The notes beneath the pieces were generated by a model. It was not told where the DNA came from and did not search any database. It worked only from the letters and a program-made list of their open reading frames with translations. Made by a program: the position numbers and the translations under genes. This document shows, in pieces, positions 26,140 through 38,100 of a DNA stretch of 64,000 bases. The number at the start of each line of letters is the position of its first letter. Position 1 is the stretch's first letter. The DNA is from Tubulanus polymorphus (lineage: Eukaryota; Animalia; Nemertea). The stretch covers positions 20,060,150-20,124,149 of the forward strand of contig NC_134026.1 of the NCBI RefSeq assembly GCF_964204645.1. Reading direction: 5' to 3'.

Positions 26140-29100
26140 ATGGCTATGTATTCGTATTTAGCTCTAAGACAGGTAAATTGTTTTATTCTGTGTTGAATTA
26201 AAGCGATTCCGTGAAATTTCTAGCTCAATTACGGAGTTTATTCATGAATTTATTAGTTACCGGCACTCATCAATTCAAATTAAAATCAACTATATTGCAA
26301 CTTATGCAACATGTATATATAACAATTTGTGACATGTTATATGTATGTGGTATATATTTGACTTATTTGTACCTCTCTGGATGATATCGGAATGTTTCAT
26401 ACCTTTAGTGCTTGGTTGGATGAATGGATGTTTAAGTTTTTAATGGCTTTGCCAAATTCGCTACATGGCCTACCTACTTATTTACTTATACGAGTTATAC
26501 AAACATCAACCATTTAGGTCTATCCTTAGTTATCTCGGAGGATAGACCTAAATGGTTGATGTCTGCAAGTCACCCCGATAGCTGTAGGATGTAGAGCAAT
26601 CGCTCGGCAAGTGAGAGATCCGTGGTTCGAGTCCCGGTCTCAGTGGTTGACAGATTTTCGCTTGTCTGCTAGTACTTCACCAATTCTCTAATCACACATG
26701 TGATTATTATTAGTTACAAGCTCTCCCGCTGCCCGTGCACCGGTGGGTGTCTTCCTTAATTAGGTGTATAATTAATGGTCAGGAGCCCCCAAACCTCTAT
26801 CTGTGACCCTAACCTTCAACTTACCTTACCCTCTCGACCCTAAACTTCTACAGATGAAAAAGCCGCCATTTTGTTTTTGTTAATCTAACCACATTTGATT
26901 ATACAACCTGACATAAGGATAGGTATAATATTGAACCTATTTATTCTATTCTTCATTCTCAACTTATCTTTCACCAGCCTCAGCGGTTGGATCCTGAAAT
27001 ATTTGAGGCTAGTTAATGGTCTTATTGTTGGTGGTAGGTTTATATAATCCCGGAGGAGGAGGGTGGAAGGGGCTACTGCATTATAAAAGTGATCGAGGTG
27101 ACAGACTTAATGAACAATTAAGTCCTCCCGGATTTTAATAGTTAACAATATTGAAATTCATCTGGTAATACCTACATAAATCAAACCTATTGCACCTCAA
27201 GAAACAATTACCTTTGTGACTATGCCAATTTTTCTTTCCAGGTGATAAACCGATCTTTAATACAACAACCAGTGCGACAGGTAGCTTGGTTCAAACCACG
27301 AAATTTAAAACCAGAAAAAAATTGGACAAGATTTCGATCTTCATTGGCCGAAAAAGTCAAGGTAATGCCAACAACATTAGTTTGAATACCAGACAGTCTA
27401 ATTGAAAATTTGGGTTGCTGTCTCAGAAGATGAGATGGCTTGGCCAGGCCTGTGCCAAATCTTAGCACAGTTCAAGTTATTCCATATGAATGCTATCTGG
27501 TTCTGCAAGTGACTCACCTTTGCTTAGTATCGTTTTGATAAGATTTTAGGCATGAGTGAATGATTTTACATATGAGCATGCCCTGAAAGCACGGGCCAAA
27601 TCTAACTTGAGGCTGGCCTGAGCCAAAATGTCTCCATTTTTTCATGGATATAGAAGTAAGCTTAGATGACGGTATTTACAATTTAAACTATGAATACAAT
27701 TGGAGATACTCAGTATGTGAATTTCCCATTTTCTTTTAAGTGAATTTTAAAATCGAGTATTAAGATGCTCGATTTTATAGAATTAGGTACATTGTTCCCA
27801 ATAATGGGTCTCAAACTCCTAACAGAAAATTATTTTTGACATTTAAACAGTTACATAAATGTTTATATACGTATTGATTACCTAGTATGCGTTATTTAAG
27901 GGGTTCTGCATGAGTATATGTGCACTACATCATCAATATCTAATTGGCGTTTCAAAATAAAAATCACAATTATGAATTTTTGAATTATATCAAATTATTT
28001 TTTGAGAGGTTTTGCACTACGTCAACAATATATCGGGGCTAGACTAGTTGCCGATCAATTCACCTATATTATTGACAGTTTTGGGGTTACTTCTAAACCC
28101 CATCATCAGAAAGCTAAAAATGTTTTCTTTTGTTGGTAATTTTTGGTTTCTCTGATGATTGGGTTTAGAAGTAACCCCAAAACTGTCAGAAAATAAACTT
28201 TTCAATATCTACTGGGGGTTTTTACTTACTGTAGACGGAATCCAGTTATTTTGGGAAGTTTTGATGACGCTTCAATGTAATGTCTTGATATTTGGGTTAC
28301 AAATGTATCTAGACATATCTTGAGCCCGAAAACTGGCCCTGTTAGAATCAAGATGGCCGGTTGGCAGCCATTGTTGTTCGCCAAAATCAGCACTTTTTAC
28401 AGATTTTTGAACTTTTTCAAGGAAATTTTGAAGACGCTTTGATCAATTACCTTGATCTTTTGTATGTATTTGAATCCCCCAAGGGCCCATCAGCGTAAGA
28501 TAAATTGGGTCGATTGGACTCAAAATGGCCGTCCTATTACCTTTTTAGTGCCCAAAAATGTCAATTTTGGCCCGAATTCTGAGTCCTGTAGCTTCCTACT
28601 GGTTTGCCATTTCTCATTGAAATTTGATGATGGGTATTCTTTGGAAAGGTATGTTTAATACTTGAGACAGGTATTTTTTATTAGCCAATTATGGCACAAT
28701 TGGCGGCCATCTTGGTGTCATCATTACTTATTCGCAGATGGGAAAAAGTTTTTCCACATTATATTGATACCTAAGCATATTGTGTTAGGCCTACCACAAT
28801 CAATTGGAAAGTTGTAGCCCATAACGTGTTCTATGATATTGGTGAGTTTCAAGATCATAACTTTTTGTATGGCCACCAAATACAATAACTTAGTATTTCT
28901 ATATTATATTTGTAACATATTTTGTTACCACAATCAATTGCAAAGTTGTAGCTCATGACATGTTCTATGATTGTGTAGAGTTTTAAGGACATAAGTTATT
29001 CCATATGGTCACCAGGGGGCGTTGAATAGTGGAATAAATTAGTATTTCCATATTAAATTGGTATTGAGGCATATTTTGTTATCACAATCAATTACAAAAA

Positions 29101-32100
29101 TGTAGCTGCTGACATGTTCTATGATTGTGGTGAGTTTAAAGGTCATTTGTTTTTGTATTTGGTCACCAGGGGGCATTGAATATTGGAATTGTTAGATTGT
29201 TGAGCATTTGAAACCACTTCCCAATTGGGCATGGTGTCCCTGGACCCCTAGTTTCATAATTAATGATTAAACAGTGGAACCTTGTCATAACAAACTCAGA
29301 TACAACAATTCATCAGATATTACAAATATATAAATCATGTCTATACATACTATATATGGTTCTTCGTTACTTGATACAATGAAATGTTTTTCATTTTCAA
29401 TACAGAACAATCAGTGGGATGTGCATTTTTCGAATTTTTCATCGTGATTTCAAGAACGAGTTTTTGTAGCTCTGCACTCTGTGTACATGCAATTCTCTAC
29501 ATGGTAGATGTATTGACAACCTCATTGAATCCTCAAAATACTTCAATGTTAATGTTTTGTATCTCCAATTGTAAAATCGATGAGATTGCACCTGAAAATC
29601 ATCACTATATGGACAATTTTCTAAATTGCATGTGATTGGTATAGTGGGAGTTGGATGCTTTTAAATTGAAAAATAATTACTATATGAACAATTTTCCTTA
29701 TTGTAGATGATTGGAGTTGGATATTTGTAAACGTTCAAACTAGCCTAAACTTGATGTTCAAACCGAATATTTGTCATCATATTGGAGTATACAGGAGTCA
29801 GCTTGTCTGTCCAGGCTGTGAAGTAAATCTTGTGCTGCTCCTAACTATTTCGTTATATTTTGATAAAACTTGTTACAACTATTTTTGGGGTATATAGTAG
29901 TGCACCAGTGATTTGTTTTTTTTTTTGTTGAAAAAAATCAAACATGTCTGACTGGTGGCTATTTTGGAAACTATCTATGTAACTGAATTTTGCAACTCCT
30001 CTTAAGGTCTTTTTGTTGCATTTTGATGAATCTTGCTACAACTAGTAAATATGGTATGTTGTTGTACAACTGTGATTTATTTTTTTGAAAAAAATCAAGA
30101 AAAAATCAAAACGTGGCAATTTGGTAGGCGTATCTATCTCTACAGTGAATTCTGCATGGACACCTAGATCTTTTGTTGTGTTTTGATGAATATTTAGTAT
30201 ACCATGTAGTTTTGCACCTGCTATTTTTTTTGGGTAAAAATCAAAGATGGCCGATTGGCAGCCATTTTGGCATCTATCTATGTACTGAATTTTGCAACTG
30301 CTCTTAAGGTCTTTAGTTGTATTTCGATGAATCTTGGTACAACTATTCGTTATGGTATTTTGTTGCACAACTGTCATTAATTTGTTTTGAAAAATCAAAG
30401 ATGGCCGACTGGTGGCCATTTTGGCATCCATCTATGTAATGAATTTGTACCGACAACTACTCTTGACGACAACTCTTTTCTATCGTATTTTGATGAAAGT
30501 TGGCACATTTATTTCAATTATTACATTACGTTCTATTTAGTGTAGTTTGTAGTTCTGCATCTGCATATTTTTTTAACACATCCTAAAGATGGCTGACTGG
30601 TGGCCATTTTGGAATCGATCTACATAGTTAATTTGAATAACTGCTCTTAGGGTTTAGGGTTTGTATTTCTACGAAACAACTATTTGGTAGAGTATATAGT
30701 TCAGGATCTGTGATTTCATTCACAACAGAAAGATGGCCATTTGGTGGCAATTTTAACCCATGTATGATGCGAATCTTGAGTGGACAAATTCTCCTAGGTC
30801 TTACATTATATTTTGATGAAACATGGACATATTGAGCATGAAACACTAATGATGGCTGACGGGCAGCTTTTTTGGCATGTATTAATGTAAGAGAATCTTA
30901 CACGGATATATCCCTCGTTAGGCTTTTCAAACTGTACAGCAACTTTCAAAGGTTGATTTGAACGAAATCGAAATGACTTAGTGGACATTACACATCAATA
31001 TTTTTTTGGCTTTCAGTCTGAATTTAGAATTTGTAGAACAATACGCAAAGAAGTTTGCGCAAGAATCGATGACAGTCAGACCGATCGCTATCTTCCTATA
31101 AACCATTGATGCATTGACCCCTGTAAAGCTTCCAAAGTGCAAAAATTGGAATCCCATTATAGCGCTATAAGATAGTTTTTCGATGAATATCAGGGATTCG
31201 AAGATGACAAATGTCAAAACTAGAATCAGAGACATTCGCAAAACTAGAACTTCAGAAGAAGATTTTACTGATAACTTGCTGCGGTCGGTGATTGCCTTGC
31301 GACGTATTTTCTGTACGAACAAAAATGAAATAATAATAGAGTTGAGAAAGATCAACATAAACATGGGCAGTAATGTTGAAAAGAACGCTCCGGCAGTATC
31401 GGTCATCATACCTTGCCATTGGTTCAAAAAGTGTGAATTGAATTGTACATCATGGTACGTGACATAGGTGTACAGATTACTACTACCTTCGCAAAAAAAC
31501 GAGTGAATTCCTCTACCTTGAAAAAAATGCGGTATATAAAATGAGAACGATAGCACGTTAATGAGAAAAATGAGAAAGTTAACTAATTTTCTTGTCCAAA
31601 ATATTCGAGATTTTAACGGGAAAATGACGATGAAAAGTCGTTCGACGCTGATCAACATAACGCTCCAGTTCCGACTCGTCTGGAATATGTAGAACAACGC
31701 GATTGATATGTAAATGTATTCTTTACCGTACATCCAGTCGTCGAAGCGAAATATCACATTGCCCAACACGATGTATATGTGAATCGTTCGCAAGGGATAC
31801 ATTATAAATACGGTTAGGCAGTACAACGCGTCTAAAACCGCCAGAACTTTCACAAGGTAATAGCTGTCATTTTGCAACGTTCCTAACACGTAAACGGTGA
31901 AAATGTTAAGAGCGCCGCCGCAAACCGATGCCGGTCCGTATAGAAATAGGTAGATGTAAACGCTGAATATAAAGTCCCATTTTTCAGTCATATCATTGAG
32001 CCACCGTTTGCACGGGGCAACCCGCGGATCTGCAGTGGTCGTCGTTCCATTGGACATCTTCTCTGCCGAGAACGCAGAAACGAAAACCAATGATAGTATT

Positions 32101-35100
32101 ACCTAGAAATAATCATTCCGTTTCGATCGGGCGTAATTATCGAAACGACTTGTGCGCGCGCGTGCAATAATAACATGTTGCCGATAGCAATTCATGTATT
32201 TCATGAACTGTATTTGAAATGAGAAGTAAATATCGTTCGTATGGTTCATTTTCGTTGCGATAATGCAGTATTTGCTCTCACCCATATACTTTTTTTATAT
32301 ATATATTTTTTATGTGGTACCCATTTGCAGCCTGAATCTGCCCTTACATTCACTATTGAGAAGTCTTGACTATCACTTTTTTAAAATTGTGGTTATGAAA
32401 TGACTAGGGTCTATTGCTGGTGTTTGGAGTCCAATTATTTTCCAATTAGAAATGTCTCGAGTGAGGTCCAAACCGAATATTTGTCATTATATTGACCGAA
32501 CAGGGGAGTAAAAGGGAGACAGCTTGTCTGTCCAGGCGTCTGTCTGTGAAGTAAATCTCGTGCTGACAACTGCTCTTAGGTCTTTTGTTATATTTTCATG
32601 AAACTCGTTAAAACTACATTTTGTATTAGTTATGGTAGGCCTATGTAGTTTTGTACCTGTGATATATTTTTTTGAAAAAAATCAAAGATGGCTGACTGGC
32701 AGCCATTTGGAGCGTCTATCTATGCACTGAATTCTCCAATTTTCGAAGGGTGAGTTGAACCAAATGTCTTAGCAGTCAGGCTAAAACCCAGGATAACTAC
32801 ATGTTTGAGAAAGCAATTGATGTATTTTGTATAAATTTAAAACCAGAAAAAAATTGGACAAGATTTCAATCTTCATTGGCCGAAAAAGTCAAGGTAATGC
32901 CAACAACATTAGTTTGAATACCAGACAGTCTAATTGAAAATTTGGGTTGCTGTCTCAGAAGATGAGATGGCTTGGCCAGGCCTGTGCCAAATTTTAGCAC
33001 AGTTCAAATTATTCCATATGAATGCTATCTGGTTCTGCAAGTGACTCACCTTGCTTAGTATCGTTTTGATAAGATTTTAGGCATGAGTGAATGATTTTAC
33101 ATATGAGGACGCCCTGAAAGTACGGGCCAAATCTAACTTGGGCCTGGCCTGAGCCAAAATGTCTCCATTTTTTCATGGATATAGAAGTAAGCTTAGATGA
33201 CAATTTACAATTTAAACTATGAATGCAATTGGAGATACTCAGTATATGAATTTCCCATTTTCTTTTAAGTGAATTTTAAAATCGAGTATTAAGATGCTCG
33301 ATTTTATAGAATAAGGTACATCATTCCCAATAATGGGTCTCAAAATTCTAACAGAAAATTATTTTTGACATTTAAACAGTAACAATAATGTTTATATACG
33401 TATTGATTACCCAGGAAGAAAGCCACTAAATATTTGGATGGATATATGAAAGCTGTGGGTACTGGAGTGTGTAATGGGTATTGTAGTGTGATCTGTGTGC
33501 ATTTGTGGCCAGCACGCAGATCACATTGTTCATTGGGGTTTAGTCCAGGACTCGCGAGATTTTCAACAACATGGAAGTAACGTGTTATAAATGATGACTT
33601 GAATTGCATGACTACCTACCACCCCTCATTATTGTTCGAAAAGTAAACGCTCCGCACTGACTAAAAATTAGTAATAATAATTAATAACATTTTAGAAATG
33701 GCCAGAATTTTAACTTAGGTTCTATCTCATTTTTATTTTACAATTGCGATTGGTATAATTTATTTTTTAAACGGCCGTTAAGGCTTCATGTTTCGTCTGC
33801 AATTCACTGCAAATAGTTACGCAACTACGCACATTTCAGTGTTTTTGGCAGCTGTACACTCAATCGGCACCGTTCGTGACTAGCTTCACTGCGGAATTAT
33901 CATTAATTAACATCGCCATATCACATCATCAACTTATATTGTGCCTTAAAACCCTAACAGCCGAAATAATTGAAATGCACACACGATTTCTATCATTGAA
34001 AATTGAGAGAGTGGCCGTGTTTGTGTTCTGCTGCTTCGCGTAAATCCCGCGCGGTAGCGCCACCGAGCGGAGTGTGGCCGATACGTCTAGTAGCCTATGC
34101 GTTATTTAAGGGGTTCTGTATGAGTCTATGTGCACTACATCATCAATATCTAATTGGCGTTTCAAAATAAAAGTCACAATTATGAATTTTTGAATTATAT
34201 CAAATATGTAGGGCATATGTATGTATTTTTGAGGGGATGTTCACTACGTCATCAATATATCGGGGCTAGACTGGTTGCTGGTCAATTCACTTCACTTATG
34301 GACAGTTTTGGGGTTACTTCTAAACCCCATCATCAGAAAAGCTAAACATTTTTTTTTTTTTGTGGTAATTTTGGGTTTCTCTGATGATTGGGTTTAGAAG
34401 TAACCCCAAAACTGTCAGAAAATAAACTTTTCAATATCTACTGTGGGTTTTCACTTTTATATGCAATTGCTTGAATAATGGGTCAATCGGATAAACTACC
34501 ACGTGATTCTACCACCACTCCTTTTTAGCTCACTTGGGACTTTAGTCCCAGCGGGCTATTGTGTTCACTTTTCGTCCGTCGTCCGTCCGTCCGTAGACTG
34601 AATCCAGTTATTTTGGGAAGTTTTGAAGACTCCTCAATGTAATGTCTTGATATTTGGGTTACAAATGTATCTAGACATATCTTGAGCCCAAAAAGTGGTC
34701 GCTGTCAGAATCAAGATGGCCGGCTGGTAGCCATTGTTGTTCGCCAAAATCAGCACTTTTTACAGATTTTTGAACTTTTTGAAGGAAATTTTGAAGACGC
34801 TTTGATCAATTACCTTGATATTTGAATGTATTTGAATCCCCCAAGGGCCCATCAGCGTAAGAAAATTTGGGTTGATTGGACTCAAGATGGCCGTCCTATT
34901 ACCTTTTTAGTGCCCAGAAATGTCAATTTTGGCCAGAATTCTGAGTCCTGTAGCTTCCTACTGGTTTGCCATTTCTCATTGAAATTGATGATGGGTAATT
35001 GTTTGGAAAGGTATCTTTAATACCTGAGACTGGTATTTTTGATTAGCCAATTATGGCACAATTGGCGGCCGTATTGGTGTCATCATTACTTATTCCTAGG

Positions 35101-38100
35101 TGGGAAAAAGTTTTTCCACATTATATTGATACCTAAGCATATTGTGTTACCACAATCAATTGGAAAGTTGTAGCTCATAACGTGTTCTATGATATTGGTG
35201 AGTTTCAAGATCATAACTTTTTGTATGGCCACCAAATACAATAACTTAGTATTTCTATATTATATTTGTAACATATTTTGTTACCACAATCAATTGCAAA
35301 GTTGTAGCTCATGACATTTTCTATGATTGTGTAGAGTTTTAAGGACGTAAGTTATTCCATATGGTCACCAGGGGGCGTTGAATTGTAGAATTACTTAGTA
35401 TTTATTATATAGATACCTAAGCATATTGTGTTACCATGATCAATTGCAAAGTTGTAGCTCATGACATGTTCTATGATTGTGGTTATTTTCAAGATCATCA
35501 GGCTTTGCATATGGTCACCGGAGGGGGTTTAATAGTAGAATAACTTAGTATTTCCATATTAAATTGGTATTGAGGCATATTTTGTTATAACAATCAATTA
35601 CAAAAATGTAGCTGCTGACATGTTCTATGATTGTGGTGAGTTTTAAGGTCATTTGTTTTGGTATTTGGTCACCAGGGGGCATTGAATATTGGAATTGTTA
35701 GATTGTTGAGCATTTGAAACCACTTCCCAAGTGGGCATGGCGTCCCTGGACCCCTAGTTTCATAATTAGTGATAAAACAGTGGAACCTTGTCATAAAAAA
35801 CTCGGATACAACAATTCATCAGGTATTACAAATATAGAATTTTGTCCGAAGTAAGACAATTTCATTAATTTAATACTGGACAAATCGAACTATCGGTTAT
35901 AACGAATATATTTTCTGGTCCCCTGAAGTTCGCTGTAACGAGGTTCCACCGTAATAAATTTGTTCTTTTGATTGAAAATTGTCAATGAAGAAAATTCGAT
36001 GCCCTAAAAGAAAACTGAAACTGTGAAAAAACAATATATATGCAAAGTTATAAAATGGCAGAAAATACTACATTATGAATATCGCATTATATGATTACAT
36101 TTAGGCTAATTCATTTACAAAATTGAAATCCTGATAACATATCACATATCTACCTAAATTAACTCCAATCTTATATCATTAAAGAAATTGAAATCATGTC
36201 TATACATACTATATATGGTTCTTCGTTACTTGATACAATGAAATGTTTTTCTTTTTCAATACAGAGAATATCAGTGGGATGTGCATTTTTCGAATTTTTC
36301 ATCGTGATTTCAAGAACGATTTTTTGTAGCTCTGCAGTCTGTGTACATGCAATTCTCTGTATGGTAGATGTATTGACAACCTCATTGAATCCTCAAAATA
36401 CTTCAATGTTAATGTTTTGTATCTCCAATTGTGAAATCGATGAGATTGCACCTGATAATCATCACTGTGGACAATTTTCTAAATTGCATGTGATTGGTAT
36501 AGTGGGAGTTGGATGCTTTTAAATTGAAAAATGATTTCTATGGGAACAATTTTCCTTATTGTAGATGATTGGTATAGCGGGAGTTGGATATTTGTAAACG
36601 TTCAAACTGGCCTAAACTTAATGTTCAAAATGAATATTTGTCATCATATTGGAGTATACAGGAGTCAGCTTGTCTGTCCAGGCTGTGAAGTAAATCTTGT
36701 ATTTCGTTATATTTTGATGAAACTTGTTACAAATATTTTTTGGGGTATATAGTAGTGCACCTGTGATTCGTTTTTTTTAATGAAAAAAATCAAACATGTC
36801 TGACTAGTGGCTATTTTGGAAACTATCTATGTAACTGAATTTTGGAAGCTTTACAACTCCTCTTAAGGTCTTTTTGTTGCATTTTGATGAATCTTGCTAC
36901 AACTAGTAAGTATGGTATGTTGTTGTACAACTATGATTTATTTTTTTGAAAAAATCAGGAAAAAATCAACGTGGCAATTTGGTAGGCGTATCTATCTCTA
37001 TAGTGAATTCTGCATGGACACCTTTTAGATCTTTTGTTGTGTTTTGATGAATATTTAGTATACCATGTAGTCTTGCACCTGCAATTTTTTTGGGTAAAAA
37101 TCAAAGATGGCCGATTGGCAGCCATTGTGGCATCTATCTATGTACTGAATTTTGCAACTGCTCTTAAGGTCTTTTGTTGTATTTCGATGAATCTTGGTAC
37201 AACTATTCATTATGGTATGTTGTTGCACAACTGTCATTAATTTTTTAGAAAAATCAAAGATGGCCGACTGGTGGCCATTTTGGCATCCATCTATGTAATG
37301 AATTTGTATAGACAACTACTCTTGACAACTCTTTTCTATTGTATTTTGATGAAACTTGGAACATTTATTTCAATTATTTCTATTACGGTCTATTTGGTGT
37401 AGTTTGTAGTTCTGCATCTGCATATTTTTTTAACACATCCTAAAGATGGCTGATTAGTGGCCATTTTGGAATCGATCTACATAGTTAATTTGAATAACTG
37501 CTCTTAGGGTTTAGGGTTTGTATTTCTACGGAAACTTGAACTCGATACAACTATTTGGTAGAGTATATAGTTCAGGATCTGTGATTTCATTCACAACAGA
37601 AAGATGGGCATTCGGTGGCAATTTTAACCCATGTACGAAGTGAATCTTGAGTGGACAAATTCTCCTAGGTCTTACATTATATTTTGATGAAACATGGACA
37701 TAGTGAGCATGAAACACTAATGATGGCTGACTGGCAGCTATTTTGGCATGTATTAATGTAAGAGAATCTTACACGGATAAATCCCTCGTTAGGCTTTTCA
37801 AACTGTACAGCAACTTTCAAAGGTTGATTTGAACGAAATCGAAATGACTTAGTGGACATTACACATCAATATTTTTTTGGCTTTCAGTCTGAATTTAGAA
37901 TTTGTAGAACAATATGCGAAGAAGTTTGCGCAAGAATCGATGACAGTCAGACCGATCGCTATCTTCCTATAAACCATTGATGCATCGACCCCTGTAAAGC
38001 TTCCAAAGTGCAAAAACTGGAATCCCACTATTCCGCTGTAGGATATTTTTTCGATGAATATCAGGGATTCGAAGATGACAAATGTTAAAACTAGAATCAG

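Noticed and set aside
26572-26645. Functional tRNA-Ala(GGC)
   Set aside because: The acceptor stem does not pair and the T stem is imperfect; it is treated as tRNA-derived repeat sequence.
30644-30662. Telomere-like ttagggtttagggttt (also at about 37504)
   Set aside because: Only two imperfect units, embedded in a satellite-like repeat.
28452-30988. Short ORFs repeated in both duplication units (e.g. 28452, 29384, 30042, 30628, 30806 and their counterparts)
   Set aside because: They fall in repeat or flank sequence, differ by frameshifts between the duplicates, and show no protein motifs.
31183-31467. Plus-strand ORFs antisense to the GPCRs (also 38054-38326)
   Set aside because: Shadow frames of the real minus-strand CDS.
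32058-32090. 11-aa N-terminal extension of the GPCRs from the ORF track
   Set aside because: It starts at TTG; the segment looks like a polypyrimidine tract plus splice acceptor, and the first ATG is at 32057 (38925 in copy 2).
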